DNA of 64,000 bases from an uncultured Candidatus Saccharibacteria bacterium (GCA_964628585.1 CAZVMH010000001.1:64450-128449), one strand, 5' to 3'; counted from the stretch's first letter, positions 45,744 to 56,885 are shown. Notes: a model not told the origin generated them from the sequence alone. Made by a program: numbers and translations.

Positions 45744-45771
45744 CTCTCAAATTGCTTTTTAACAAATTTTA

Positions 45772-47664
45772 TTGTATTATTTTAGCATGCCTAGAAACCC
45801 AAAACGAAAACTTAGCAAGAAAGAACAAAAAGCAATCGACAAGAATGTTCTTTTGCCAATAAAACAAACAGCAAAAGAAGAGAAAATAGAAAAGAAAAAA
45901 ACTGTTTTATTGCCAGAAGTCGTCTCTGTCAAAGATTTTGCTGACAAAACCAATTTGCCAGTTACGAAAATTATTACCGAACTAATGAAAAACGGCGTAT
46001 TGGCCAACATTAATCAAACCATCGATTTCGATACAGCTGCTATTATTGGAGATGAATTAAATCTTAATATTGAAAAAGAGCAAATTGGCGAAGAAAAATC
46101 AGAAATAGAAGTAAAAGAATCTCTTTCTAAAGAAGCAAATCTTAAAACAAGACCACCAATAGTAACAATTTTAGGGCATGTAGATCACGGCAAAACGTCT
46201 CTTTTGGATTACATTCGTAAAGCTCATGTTGCTTCAGGCGAATCTGGTGGGATAACTCAACATATTTCAGCTTATCAAATTACACTAGAAAAATTAAAAG
46301 CGACAAAAATTAAACATAGAACCATTACTTTTATTGATACGCCTGGCCACGCCGCTTTTTCTGCTATGAGAGAACATGGAGCTGCGATCACAGATATTGC
46401 CGTTATTATTGTTGCGGCAAATGACGGTGTCAAACCACAGACAATCGAGGTTATTAAATCGGCACAGGGAAGTAACGTTCCAATAATAATTGCTATTAAT
46501 AAAGTAGATTTGCCAGAAGCCGATGTAATGAAAACAAAACAACAATTGGCAGAATATGAACTTGTTCCAGAAGAGTGGGGCGGAAAAACAGTTATGGTGG
46601 AAGTTTCAGCCAAGACAGGCAAAGGAGTGGACGATTTATTGGAAATGATATTACTTCAGGCCGATATGATGGATTTGAAGGCAGATGAAAGCTCAAAAGC
46701 GGTTGGAGTTGTAATTGAATCACAAATGCAAAAAGGCAAAGGTGCTGTTGCAATGGTATTGGTAGAAAACGGAACATTAAATCAAGGTGATGCAGTTGCA
46801 ATTGGTGCAAGTTTTGGTCGAGCAAGAATTCTGGAAAACTTTAAGGGAGAAAATATTAAATCGGCTCTACCAAGCACTCCAGTCCGAATTGCTGGGCTTA
46901 AATCTTCTCCTGAGTTTGGTGACAAACTAGTTGTTTTTGATTCGGAAAAGGAAGCCAAAGAAGCTGCATCAAAAAATTTGACCACATTACCTTCAGTCCA
47001 AATGGCAACAGCAAAAAGAATGTCAGAAGACGGAGAAGATAATTCTGAAATTCTAGAATATAGAGTCATTTTAAAAGCAGATGTTAAGGGTTCGCTTGAA
47101 GCGATTAAAAAATCTTTATCAGAGATTAGAAGCACCGATATCAATTTAAAGATTATTTCTGAAGGGATTGGAGCTATTTCAGAATCAGATATTACTCTAG
47201 CTAAAGCTTCTAGAACAACCGTTATTGGATTTCGAGTAAAGGTGCTTGGGGCGGCTAGAAAAATTGCCGAAACTGAAAATATTAAACTTAAAACTTTTGA
47301 TATTATTTATGAGCTAATAGATCATATTCGTTTTGAAATGGCTGAGATGTTGCCACCAGAAATTATTGAAGAGGAATTGGCAAGCGGTACGGTCCTTGCT
47401 ATTTTCCGTGATGATAGAAAAGGTTTTGTTGCTGGCGGTAAAGTTGAATCAGGTGTCATTTCTCTTAATGACAAAATTAAATTTTATCAAAATGAGAATG
47501 AAAAATATCGTGCTACGGTACTTTCGTTGAGGAAGGAAAAGGGCGAAGCTAAAGAAGTAAATTCTGGCTCCGAATGTGGTTTCGGTTTGCCTCCTTTCTC
47601 CAAAGTCTCTGTTGGCGACAAATGGGTTGCCTTTAAGACAATTGAGAAAAAAAGATCGCTATAA
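45772..47664 (+). CDS. infB: Translation initiation factor IF-2
   Basis: A G-domain (GHVDHGKTSLLD, DTPGH, NKVD) followed by the IF-2 beta-barrel domains. Confidence 0.85.
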   Translation: MYYFSMPRNPKRKLSKKEQKAIDKNVLLPIKQTAKEEKIEKKKTVLLPEVVSVKDFADKTNLPVTKIITELMKNGVLANINQTIDFDTAAIIGDELNLNIEKEQIGEEKSEIEVKESLSKEANLKTRPPIVTILGHVDHGKTSLLDYIRKAHVASGESGGITQHISAYQITLEKLKATKIKHRTITFIDTPGHAAFSAMREHGAAITDIAVIIVAANDGVKPQTIEVIKSAQGSNVPIIIAINKVDLPEADVMKTKQQLAEYELVPEEWGGKTVMVEVSAKTGKGVDDLLEMILLQADMMDLKADESSKAVGVVIESQMQKGKGAVAMVLVENGTLNQGDAVAIGASFGRARILENFKGENIKSALPSTPVRIAGLKSSPEFGDKLVVFDSEKEAKEAASKNLTTLPSVQMATAKRMSEDGEDNSEILEYRVILKADVKGSLEAIKKSLSEIRSTDINLKIISEGIGAISESDITLAKASRTTVIGFRVKVLGAARKIAETENIKLKTFDIIYELIDHIRFEMAEMLPPEIIEEELASGTVLAIFRDDRKGFVAGGKVESGVISLNDKIKFYQNENEKYRATVLSLRKEKGEAKEVNSGSECGFGLPPFSKVSVGDKWVAFKTIEKKRSL

Positions 47665-47788
47665 AATTATCAGTTTTCTTTAATAGAATGTCATATTAAT
47701 CGCATAAACAATTAGATTAATACAGATGTCAATGATTGACTCATAAATTAGTAATAGTGTATTCTTTAATAAACTGATAGATTTATGA

Positions 47789-50700
47789 TTGTGGGGAGGG
47801 ATTTTGCTTAGACGCCTACAACTTTGGCTTTCTACTTTACCAAAAAAGAAACTAGTTGGTCTTTTTAGTGTCTTCGTCTTTGTTCTAGTATTGGGAGCAT
47901 ACTTCATATATCAAAAATTCTCTGCCGATGAATTTATTGATACCCGTATGAACATATCTGGACGGGTTTTTGATGCCGATGCAAAAACGTCTCTTGCTGG
48001 AGTCAAAGTCTCATTCATATCAAGAAATTACGACGGTCTTGGCACAACTCCAGCACCCCTTGAGTATACTTCTGACGCACTGGGTGCTTTTAATGTTACT
48101 CTACCAGATGAAGTAACCTATGATCTGGTTCTTTTTGAAAAAGAAGGCTACTTTGATATTGAGGGTACATATGCCTTAGAATCGGCCACTTCGGAGCCAA
48201 AAGAAGTAACACTTGCTATTACCATGAAACCAGGTTTTGGCAGGGAAAATGTACATCTGCAGACCATTATGCCAAAATGGAATCTAATATCTTCTCCTCT
48301 TGTTCCAGAAGACAGCAATCCAGCAAGCTTTTTTACCTATTACAGCGTAGCTGAAGATAACCTAAATATTAAAAAAAGCCAGCTTAATCTCACCGATAGC
48401 AACAAAGATACCGAGCTTTATCGTTGGGAAAACGCCAATCAGGGATTAAAAGTATATGATCAATGGTCTTCTGATGATTTTGGTCCAATAGAAGCCGGTG
48501 CCGGATATTGGCTCGAATACAAGGGCGAAACACCCAAAACTATTGTTATGCGAGGTAAACAGGAGAACTCTCTTCCAAACGGCACCTTTAATATTGCTAA
48601 AGCAGGTTGGGCGCTGATTGGTCTGCCTACCATAAATCAAATGCGAATGTCCGAGATCGGAATTGAAAAAGATGGCCAGCTAATGACCATTAATGAAGCT
48701 TTTGGAAAAGGAGAAGTAGAAGAGATATATTATTGGGATAATGGTAACCAAGGACTTTTAAACTACAACGATTGGTCAGGCGAAGAAGCTCTAGCTGAAG
48801 TCGGTTCTGGCTACTGGATAAAGACCAAAAATGATAATACAAAAATCTTTACAGGTCAGACTTTTATTGGTCATATGCAAACACCTAACGGCATCCCACT
48901 CCCGGGTGTCAATATCGGCTTTATGGCAGATAGCACCAACACCTACAACCCTAGCCAGCTTGCCACAACTGACGCAAATGGCAACTTTTCAATGACCAAT
49001 CTTAATCCTGCCTACAAATGGATTACGATACAAAAAAATGGTTATGTAAAAATTGAAGCTACAGTTACTACCAAAGAATCCGCGACGCAATATCTTGGTG
49101 GTCTAAACTTTCTTCTAGAGCCAGGTGAGGGAACGAAATATGTTCAAATTGTCCCGCTTAAAAAGGATCAAAAAACTAATTTCGGACTCTCAATCATACC
49201 TAGTAGCAGTACCACTCTTAATACAATTGTAAAAGAGGGCGATAATTATGTACAAAAACCACTCCAAGACCAAATCTCTGCCTTCGAGCTTTCAAAAGAA
49301 GAATTCATCCCAATGGAAGCAGATAAATTTACTAACTCTGATGGTGATCAACTAACACAGGAATTAACTGGTTCAACCTCAGGATCTATAGATAGTAATA
49401 CTTATATATTTGGTGGTATCGACAAAGCAACCAATAAGCCGACTGACATGATCTCATACTATGACCCGGTTTCCCAATCAATTAATACACTAAATACGAA
49501 GTTGCCAAAACCACTAACCGGAGCAGGAAGCTTTACTCTGCCGGGGGAAAATACAATTATCATCTTTGGCGGAGCTACTACTGACAGTCAAAAATCTGAT
49601 TCCATTTATGCTTTATCAACCGACAATGACACAATCAACCGAATCGGCTCTACTCCTGCACACGAACGGTACCAAGTTGTTAATGTAGATGGTAATTTAG
49701 TTCTAATTGGTGAGGATTCCAATGCCGTTACTGTACATCTTCTAAATCTAAAGTCTCTGACTCAACAGATTAAATCAGGCAACTGTCTTGTTAAAGATGC
49801 CACCTGTAGCCTCAACCTGGTCTCGAGCCCCTGGGCCCCAACAACAAAAATCGGTATCGGTTCAACTCCGTATTACAAAAATGGCAAACTATACTTTTTT
49901 GGTGGTGTAAAAAATGGTAATCCAGTTAATTCGATTTATGCTGTTCCAACCAACCCAATGCCAACAAATGATTCTTCTCTAAATCAATTGTCCCAAACCC
50001 TGCCTTACCCCGTAGCATATTCTTCATCCCTAGCCCTGTCTGACTCAAGTAAACTCTATCTAATGGGTGGAAAATCAGAGAATGGCGATCTAACCGATAA
50101 GATAACAGCTATTTCGTTTGCAGATCCCAGCAATATTGGTGTTTCTCAGATTGACCACAAATTGTCCAGACCGTCGGGCGATGTTGCTTTCAGCGCAGAT
50201 GCTTGGGATAATCTTCATGTCTTTTCCTCTTCAGCCTATACTGAACCAGATATTACCATAAATGAAAACGGAGATATTAATGAAGGTGAAGTTCCAGAGA
50301 TAAAATACAATCAAGTTATCTCTCCTAACTCTTCACTTAAACCGGGTCAGGTCTATTCTATTACCCCTTCTTCTTCATATGCTTTAGTAATCGTCTCATC
50401 TGTTGATTCGCCAGAAAGACCTCTTGATTTTGAGACTGCCAGTTTGCCAACCCAATCTTTTATGGTTTCTAAACCAAACAGTGAATACTTTATTACTTCT
50501 TCTTCATTAGGAGAAGAACCCTTAAAACATTACAAGTTTACTTTTGAAGGAGAAGAATACAATCTCAAGCAAGCTGCTGAACAAAATCTCATTAATTCAA
50601 AAATCAAGATTGATGATAGAGAAATTGATCTTGCCAGTCTACCAACACAAGACTTAAGCAAAACATATGTCTCACCGGGCAGTGTACTGTCTTTTACCGA

Positions 50701-52789
50701 CAAAGCAGACATGTATGTTACACGTGATTACGACGATTTAGAGCCTGCTTACTCAACAGGTTATATGCTAATTGACGAACTAGTCAAAGGTCTCAAAACA
50801 GAAGGTCTAAATGATGTCCAGGTTGACGATATACTCAATTTACTCAATAATTGTACCCCAAGCTTCTTTGATCGTCGTTCCGGTGATGCAGAGAGAGAGG
50901 AATGTCTAAATTCATTAGAAGAACCACGTAGTTTTAGGACTGAAGATGTTTTTGCACCGGTAAGTGCAGAGAAGCCAGAGAAAGGTTTAGCGAAGGCAAA
51001 CCCTTTGGTTAAGGGGGCTGAAGCAATCAGCGTAGGAAAGCTTTGGGACAAGGCAAAAGGGGCAGTGCTTACTACTACCCGAACTGTAAAAGCGGTTTTT
51101 GGTCCTGATTACAATGTTGAAAGAGATACAAAACGATTTGTCGAAAAATGGAATGAGCCACACAAAAAAGCCCGAACTGCATATCTGATTAAGGACCTTG
51201 GTCATGAGAAAAGACTTTCTATGTGGTACAGCTATTACATTGAAACACAGGAAAACCATTTAAAATTTTATTTTGACAAGCGATTTAAATACAAAAACGC
51301 AAGATACAACAATCCCTTTTATTACAAAAGGTTTTGGTTTACTGGAACAACTTTAAGCGGTCGTTATGACAATTTTGATAAGGATCCAGCCAATGCATGG
51401 TACACAAGCAAAAAATTAGACTATCTCTATGCCTTTTTCTGGCCAGATCTAAAGAAGAATCGTTATCAAGCAGAGTTTACTCCAGAAGAAAGGAGTCGTT
51501 TAGAGATGATAGTTAAAACAATGAAGAAGGAAAAGCTTAACCTTGTGCCGGTCTATGACAATGACGCAATTCGTGACGAAACTGGAGAGCTTGCAATTAA
51601 CTGGATAATTATGCCGATGGCCTTGAACTTTACTTCTAAGACTGTTATTGGTAGTTTGATCGGGGCTGTCGAATCTAGGCTGACTACACAAACGACTAGA
51701 GGGTTAATAAAAGAGCTTGCCACACTTACTAAAATAGAAAAAACCATGCCTAAAGTAGTACAGGCCACAAAAGTAGACCTCGATCTGGCACTTCGTTCTG
51801 AGGCAAAGAGGAGTGTTTCGGCAGGAGTTGGAAAATCCTTATTCGAACGTTTCATTTCAGACGAATTTAGACCCCATACGCCAACAATGTCAAGACTGGG
51901 AGGTTTGGGTGATGACTTTTTTTGGAAACCAATGAAGATAGGGGAACCCGGAGTGCCTACGGAATATACTGCACTTGAATCTTATTATCAAACATTATTA
52001 ATAAACAAAAGGGCTGTTGAATGGGGAGAGAAAATGGTGGTTGAAGAGGCTCCCATCTATAAAGCCATAATTTCGACAATGGAAGGCAAAGGGCATGAAA
52101 ACGATGTTGTTCAATATTCTACTTACGAATTAGCTCATCTTTTAAGAAATACCGGGAAGTTTCATCCGTCACCTGGTAGTGAGAACGTATTGGCAACCTA
52201 CAATAGCTGTGGAGACAATTTATTTCCGCAAATACGTGTGACTGACCAGTATCTGGATGATTATTTGTTTGAACAAGTTATGACACATGAGGATGCACAC
52301 TGGCTTCAGGGAGGTTATAGTCTTAGCGATAGAATTATAGATGCTGGTGGTGCCTGTAGTTTTGCTGCAATTGATGAATCTCTCGCAGAGATTGTCAGTC
52401 AATTAAATTTTCAAAAAATGCATCCTGACATACCAGTGCCCAGTTATAGTTATCCGGAATCAGTTAATATTATGAAGGCGCTAATAAGAGCATATGAAAG
52501 GAAATTAAGGAGGGAGGCCCTCCCGGGTCAGGTGATTACTTATGAAGAGGCAGCTTGGAAATTATTTATTGAAAATAATCTAAAAGGAAATTACTATTTT
52601 GATACTATATTTCTTAGGGAAGCAATTAGAACCAGTGCAGGGGCAATGAAGTCTAACTCTTTGTATTCAGAAGCTATACAAAAAACATGTTTAGCCGACT
52701 TCGTGGCTACAACCCCGGAAGAAATCAGCAGGTCAAATCAAATGGTACAAGCAAGATTGGCCGAAATTGAATTATTTTTTCCTGAGTAA
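47789..52789 (+). CDS. Giant (1666 aa) membrane-anchored extracellular protein with an N-terminal signal-anchor, carboxypeptidase-regulatory-like and Kelch/beta-propeller-like repeats, and a ~650-aa C-terminal domain carrying an HExxH motif (MTHEDAHW)
   Basis: TTG start followed by a TM helix (LVGLFSVFVFVLVLGAYFIY). It has repetitive beta-rich segments (GRVFDADAKTSLAGVKV...; GNFSMTNL...) and Kelch-like segments (IFGGID..., IIFGGAT...). The C-terminal region is novel. Confidence 0.6.
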   Translation: MWGGILLRRLQLWLSTLPKKKLVGLFSVFVFVLVLGAYFIYQKFSADEFIDTRMNISGRVFDADAKTSLAGVKVSFISRNYDGLGTTPAPLEYTSDALGAFNVTLPDEVTYDLVLFEKEGYFDIEGTYALESATSEPKEVTLAITMKPGFGRENVHLQTIMPKWNLISSPLVPEDSNPASFFTYYSVAEDNLNIKKSQLNLTDSNKDTELYRWENANQGLKVYDQWSSDDFGPIEAGAGYWLEYKGETPKTIVMRGKQENSLPNGTFNIAKAGWALIGLPTINQMRMSEIGIEKDGQLMTINEAFGKGEVEEIYYWDNGNQGLLNYNDWSGEEALAEVGSGYWIKTKNDNTKIFTGQTFIGHMQTPNGIPLPGVNIGFMADSTNTYNPSQLATTDANGNFSMTNLNPAYKWITIQKNGYVKIEATVTTKESATQYLGGLNFLLEPGEGTKYVQIVPLKKDQKTNFGLSIIPSSSTTLNTIVKEGDNYVQKPLQDQISAFELSKEEFIPMEADKFTNSDGDQLTQELTGSTSGSIDSNTYIFGGIDKATNKPTDMISYYDPVSQSINTLNTKLPKPLTGAGSFTLPGENTIIIFGGATTDSQKSDSIYALSTDNDTINRIGSTPAHERYQVVNVDGNLVLIGEDSNAVTVHLLNLKSLTQQIKSGNCLVKDATCSLNLVSSPWAPTTKIGIGSTPYYKNGKLYFFGGVKNGNPVNSIYAVPTNPMPTNDSSLNQLSQTLPYPVAYSSSLALSDSSKLYLMGGKSENGDLTDKITAISFADPSNIGVSQIDHKLSRPSGDVAFSADAWDNLHVFSSSAYTEPDITINENGDINEGEVPEIKYNQVISPNSSLKPGQVYSITPSSSYALVIVSSVDSPERPLDFETASLPTQSFMVSKPNSEYFITSSSLGEEPLKHYKFTFEGEEYNLKQAAEQNLINSKIKIDDREIDLASLPTQDLSKTYVSPGSVLSFTDKADMYVTRDYDDLEPAYSTGYMLIDELVKGLKTEGLNDVQVDDILNLLNNCTPSFFDRRSGDAEREECLNSLEEPRSFRTEDVFAPVSAEKPEKGLAKANPLVKGAEAISVGKLWDKAKGAVLTTTRTVKAVFGPDYNVERDTKRFVEKWNEPHKKARTAYLIKDLGHEKRLSMWYSYYIETQENHLKFYFDKRFKYKNARYNNPFYYKRFWFTGTTLSGRYDNFDKDPANAWYTSKKLDYLYAFFWPDLKKNRYQAEFTPEERSRLEMIVKTMKKEKLNLVPVYDNDAIRDETGELAINWIIMPMALNFTSKTVIGSLIGAVESRLTTQTTRGLIKELATLTKIEKTMPKVVQATKVDLDLALRSEAKRSVSAGVGKSLFERFISDEFRPHTPTMSRLGGLGDDFFWKPMKIGEPGVPTEYTALESYYQTLLINKRAVEWGEKMVVEEAPIYKAIISTMEGKGHENDVVQYSTYELAHLLRNTGKFHPSPGSENVLATYNSCGDNLFPQIRVTDQYLDDYLFEQVMTHEDAHWLQGGYSLSDRIIDAGGACSFAAIDESLAEIVSQLNFQKMHPDIPVPSYSYPESVNIMKALIRAYERKLRREALPGQVITYEEAAWKLFIENNLKGNYYFDTIFLREAIRTSAGAMKSNSLYSEAIQKTCLADFVATTPEEISRSNQMVQARLAEIELFFPE

Positions 52790-52799
52790 AGGATTGCTT

Positions 52800-53663
52800 A
52801 TGATGAATGATGAATTCTCCATGAACCCGATTGAACAGGCTTTTTCAACTGAAAATAGTCAGGAAATTATGGATTTGTGGAAGCAGAGCACCGAACTTCA
52901 AGAGGAGATTATTCCTAATCTTGTTATTATAAATAACATTACAAACAGACAACGTCTCATTGGGTTTTTTAAAGATAGGTTTCCCCAAACATCCGATAAA
53001 GAAAAAAACAATATCTTGGTTGCCTTATCAAAAATTTGTTACAGAGATCCTGAACTTCAATCTGATATAATAAAATATATTGGGAGTATGCCAAAAGAGC
53101 ATCCAGAACTAAATCAAACAGTTATTAACTGCTTAAAAGACATTAGTTCAAGTCTGGTTTATGGTTACGAAACCGAACTTAATAGAGATGGAGAATTTCC
53201 AACCAAAATATCTGAAAATTTGAATCAAATATTTTCTTATCTAATACAATTTGCTGATGGTGATTACGGCGATCAAATAAAAATGAATGCGCTACAGGAT
53301 ATTTTTCGTTATAAATTTGTTCATCAGGAGGATCATTTGGTGTCGGTACTTAAAAAACTTATAGAAACTGGTAGTCCGGAGCTTAGCACCTATGCTTTTT
53401 CGGAATTAGCGGGAATTGTTGATTCAAGTGACGGTTATTATAAAAAAGCACTTAAAAATGAAATTGAAAAATTGGATCCAAAAAATTGTCCAAAAGATGA
53501 CCTATTAAGATTAATTATTATTCTTAATCATACTGGTGACTCTAGCCATATACCATTTCTTGAAGATTTAAAAAATAAGTATTTTCTTGGAGACAATGAA
53601 TGTACTTATTATATTGATCACGCTATAAAAGCTATAAAATTAAGGGGGGCAAATGAAACATAA
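52800..53663 (+). CDS. Hypothetical all-alpha (HEAT/ARM-like) cytoplasmic protein immediately downstream of the giant protein
   Basis: No TM segment and helical-repeat composition. The start at 52800 has an AAGGA SD; the longer ORF from 52767 overlaps the giant gene. Confidence 0.45.
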   Translation: MMNDEFSMNPIEQAFSTENSQEIMDLWKQSTELQEEIIPNLVIINNITNRQRLIGFFKDRFPQTSDKEKNNILVALSKICYRDPELQSDIIKYIGSMPKEHPELNQTVINCLKDISSSLVYGYETELNRDGEFPTKISENLNQIFSYLIQFADGDYGDQIKMNALQDIFRYKFVHQEDHLVSVLKKLIETGSPELSTYAFSELAGIVDSSDGYYKKALKNEIEKLDPKNCPKDDLLRLIIILNHTGDSSHIPFLEDLKNKYFLGDNECTYYIDHAIKAIKLRGANET

Positions 53664-55962
53664 ATTTTTTTCAATTATGATCGGGTTTTTTTTGATAGCC
53701 AATATGTTTAATTTTGATTTTGCTTATGCTGTAGAACAACAACCCGTACCAACTCCTGAAATTACAGTTGACCAGTTGGGAGTAACAGATAAAACTGTCG
53801 GAACAATTGTACGCTGGACAATACCAGATGATGCTCCTCCTGAATTTTATGGCTTTATCTTAGAAAAGAAAATTCCCAATGGCGATAGGATTGAGATAGT
53901 AAACTATTACCCCGATGATTTAAATGATTTTGGTTATTATATGGACGATTATGTTGATCTGGGGAAGACTTACACCTATTACATTCGGGCGTATGTTCGT
54001 TCGTCAAATAATCCCGATGAGAGATACCATCGTTCTGACTGGGCAGAAAAAACAATTACTTTAGAGCCGATCAAATTTGCGAATGTGGTAGTTACGACTA
54101 CGAATACTGAAGCAAAAATTACTTGGGCATCGGACTACGAACTTGACTGTAAAATCGAATATGGTCTTTCAACGGAATATGGTACGTCAAAAGAGGAAAA
54201 TCAGGTTGACGATAGCAACCATATTGATCATACGGCCGCTCTTAGCAACTTAACCCCTGATACAACGTATCATTATAAAATTGTCGGGAATGAGATCGAC
54301 GACGAATCATCCATTATTGAATCTGCAGATTTTTCTTTTAAAACGAAAGGCGGTTCGGTAGATATTCTTAATCATACGGGCAGTTGGGTTGGTAATTATA
54401 AAGCAGAGGTTTCCTTTGCTTCAAATAAAACTGTCACAGCAGAAGTTATGATTGAAAAAGACGGTGACATTGAATCCAGACAAACTCATAACTTTTCCGC
54501 TGGAACAACTTTTTCTCATCAATTTGATGTATACGACCAGACTGAATATAATTATTATGTTTCAATTTCTGAAGAGGGGGAAGACCCTTCAATTGATGGC
54601 GCACAGGGAAAATTTACTACCCCACCTGTAGTTATTTCTGATGCGAGAATCATTCAAGACGGACAAAATTATAATGTTTTGTGGAACACGGATATCCCAG
54701 CAAGGAGTAAAATTGTCTATAAATGTTCTTTTGAAGAACTAAAGATGGGAGAGAAAATTGACGATAACTTTTCTTTGAATCATTCCATAACAATAAACAA
54801 AAGTGATCTCGAAATATTTGAAACCGGAGGAATATATTATGTTACTGTTTACGCTTATGGTAACAGCAATAATGAAAAAGTTGCTTACGCTGGTGAAATC
54901 TATTTTATTCCATTGGAAATATCACTTGCTAGCGCTACGCCCATTCTAGTTAATACGGCAACACTTGAATATGATGTTGTTTTTACATGGAGAACATCTC
55001 TTTCTGCTACTGGCACAGTTTTATTTTCAGGAACTACTCCAGGAACAGTATCATGTCTAAACTCGGATACGGTCTGTTCAGCGACTGCAAGAAATCTTAA
55101 AAGAGGAGCATATCAGTTCACAATTACTGCTACGAGTGAAAATAATGAGACAGAAACCTATGAGGCTGAGTTTCAGATTGGTGACGACCAAAAATATGTA
55201 ATAGTAACTTTTATCAGCGATGACGGAAATAACACGAATTTTTATTGGCATACTTATCCTGAAAATTTAATAATAGATAGCGCGACATTAAGAGGACGAG
55301 CAGAAACGGAAGCTACCAATCCTAGTACGGGCAATCTTCAGCAATATACTGCTTGTCCGATAAGTACAGTTTTCTCCGGTGATGGGCATGGAACCTTGTC
55401 TGTGGGCAGTCTCTGTGCTGGTCAGTACAGATTTTGGGGTGAAGCCAAAACAGATGCAACCACCATTCCAATCAGTTTTGCAGGGGAGGAAGCAACTTGC
55501 TATAGTTCTGGCGGTTACGGAGGAAGTTGCCCTAATCAGTTTGGTAAAACTTTTAGTTTTGGAGTTGCAGAAAAATCTTATAGCTCACCGGTTTTTAGTG
55601 GGTATGAACATAAATTTTCAAGATCACTAGCCTTTCCTTGGCAGTGGTCTGAATCATGGGAAAGTATGATTTCAGTATTTAGATATAGTAGCATTAATAA
55701 TTATAGTTATGCCATACTTAGGCCCGCAATAAGTATTTTTTCAGCAACTGTTCCCGTTGGATCGCCTCCAACAGATACGGTTATATTTGATCAGCTGTAT
55801 AATCAAATTCAATATGATGACACAATACCTTCATATAGTAGAATGCTTCATTCCGGCGAAACGGTATATGGACCACCTTATCCAAATTGTCCCGGCTCAG
55901 TTCAGTCCGTATATTCTTGGCCGTCCGGGTCGCAAAATCTATGTTCTTTTACTTGGCCGTAA
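53653..55962 (+). CDS. Secreted protein with a signal peptide and multiple fibronectin type III-like / Ig-like beta-sandwich domains
   Basis: 769-aa ORF with the N-terminal signal MKHKFFSIMIGFFLIANMF and repeated FN3-like segments (KTYTYYIRA, TTYHYKIV, GIYYVTVYA). Confidence 0.5.
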   Translation: MKHKFFSIMIGFFLIANMFNFDFAYAVEQQPVPTPEITVDQLGVTDKTVGTIVRWTIPDDAPPEFYGFILEKKIPNGDRIEIVNYYPDDLNDFGYYMDDYVDLGKTYTYYIRAYVRSSNNPDERYHRSDWAEKTITLEPIKFANVVVTTTNTEAKITWASDYELDCKIEYGLSTEYGTSKEENQVDDSNHIDHTAALSNLTPDTTYHYKIVGNEIDDESSIIESADFSFKTKGGSVDILNHTGSWVGNYKAEVSFASNKTVTAEVMIEKDGDIESRQTHNFSAGTTFSHQFDVYDQTEYNYYVSISEEGEDPSIDGAQGKFTTPPVVISDARIIQDGQNYNVLWNTDIPARSKIVYKCSFEELKMGEKIDDNFSLNHSITINKSDLEIFETGGIYYVTVYAYGNSNNEKVAYAGEIYFIPLEISLASATPILVNTATLEYDVVFTWRTSLSATGTVLFSGTTPGTVSCLNSDTVCSATARNLKRGAYQFTITATSENNETETYEAEFQIGDDQKYVIVTFISDDGNNTNFYWHTYPENLIIDSATLRGRAETEATNPSTGNLQQYTACPISTVFSGDGHGTLSVGSLCAGQYRFWGEAKTDATTIPISFAGEEATCYSSGGYGGSCPNQFGKTFSFGVAEKSYSSPVFSGYEHKFSRSLAFPWQWSESWESMISVFRYSSINNYSYAILRPAISIFSATVPVGSPPTDTVIFDQLYNQIQYDDTIPSYSRMLHSGETVYGPPYPNCPGSVQSVYSWPSGSQNLCSFTWP

Positions 55963-55977
55963 TAAGAGGAAAGTATA

Positions 55978-56661
55978 ATGAAAAAATCAATTAAAACTTT
56001 CGGAATTATTTTTATTGCAATTGTATTATTGGGAACCATATTGTTTTTCTTAAACAGATTAAACGAGTCACGTCTTCAGAAAGCAAGCAAAGCCGTTTGG
56101 GAGCAATTTTTAACCAAAACAGGGCAAGAAAAACATTCGTTTGGTTGCAATGTTAATGTTATTGCAAAAGAAAAAGGTAAGGAAAAATATACACAAAATA
56201 TTAATACCGGTTATCAAGAAGACTCAAAGCTAAAAGGCACATATCAATTCAAAAACGATAAACTAACAATTGAAAAACAATTTATTACCTTGGGGGACAT
56301 TACTTATTCAGAAGAGGGAAAAGATAAAAAATGGTTTATTTGGGCTACCAAATCATATCCAGAGTCCAAATACTACACGCCCAAACAAATAGTCGAGGCA
56401 CTAGACATGTCAAGTATTCGATTTGATAATAGAAAAAAGGGCTTGTTTTTTTATCATGGGTATTTAAAAACTCCAATTGAAAATGATGATTTAGGTATTG
56501 CCTCAATAAAAATTGTAGTTGACGGAAAAGATAAATTTATTAAACAGATCGAGCTGGTTGGCAGACAAAATAACATTATAATAACTAAAAAAGTTACATT
56601 TTCAGATTATGACAAAGTGTTTGATATTAACAAACCGGACGATAAAGATATTGTTAAATAA
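55978..56661 (+). CDS. Hypothetical membrane-anchored or lipoprotein-like protein
   Basis: 227-aa ORF with an N-terminal TM (FGIIFIAIVLLGTILFFL). Confidence 0.4.
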   Translation: MKKSIKTFGIIFIAIVLLGTILFFLNRLNESRLQKASKAVWEQFLTKTGQEKHSFGCNVNVIAKEKGKEKYTQNINTGYQEDSKLKGTYQFKNDKLTIEKQFITLGDITYSEEGKDKKWFIWATKSYPESKYYTPKQIVEALDMSSIRFDNRKKGLFFYHGYLKTPIENDDLGIASIKIVVDGKDKFIKQIELVGRQNNIIITKKVTFSDYDKVFDINKPDDKDIVK

Positions 56662-56683
56662 TTTTAATAGTCGTGTATAAAAA

Positions 56684-56857
56684 ATGAGCAAAAGGACAAT
56701 TGTAAAACACAAAAAGTCTTACTATGCCGAAAGAGATGCCAAGGGTCGGTTTGTTAGCTTTTCAAACATTGGCAAATCTATTGCCGAAGATTCTCGGACT
56801 AAGGCTAAGAAAAAGGTCAAACCTGGTCATGGTCATGAAGGAGATTTGAAGAAATAA
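56684..56857 (+). CDS. Possible small basic protein (57 aa)
   Basis: MSKRTIVKHKKSYYAERDAKGRFVSF...KKKVKPGHGHEGDLKK. Lys-rich, with no clear SD; below the ORF-track cutoff. Confidence 0.25.
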   Translation: MSKRTIVKHKKSYYAERDAKGRFVSFSNIGKSIAEDSRTKAKKKVKPGHGHEGDLKK

Positions 56858-56885
56858 AATAATGATTTATGAAGACAAAATCATT

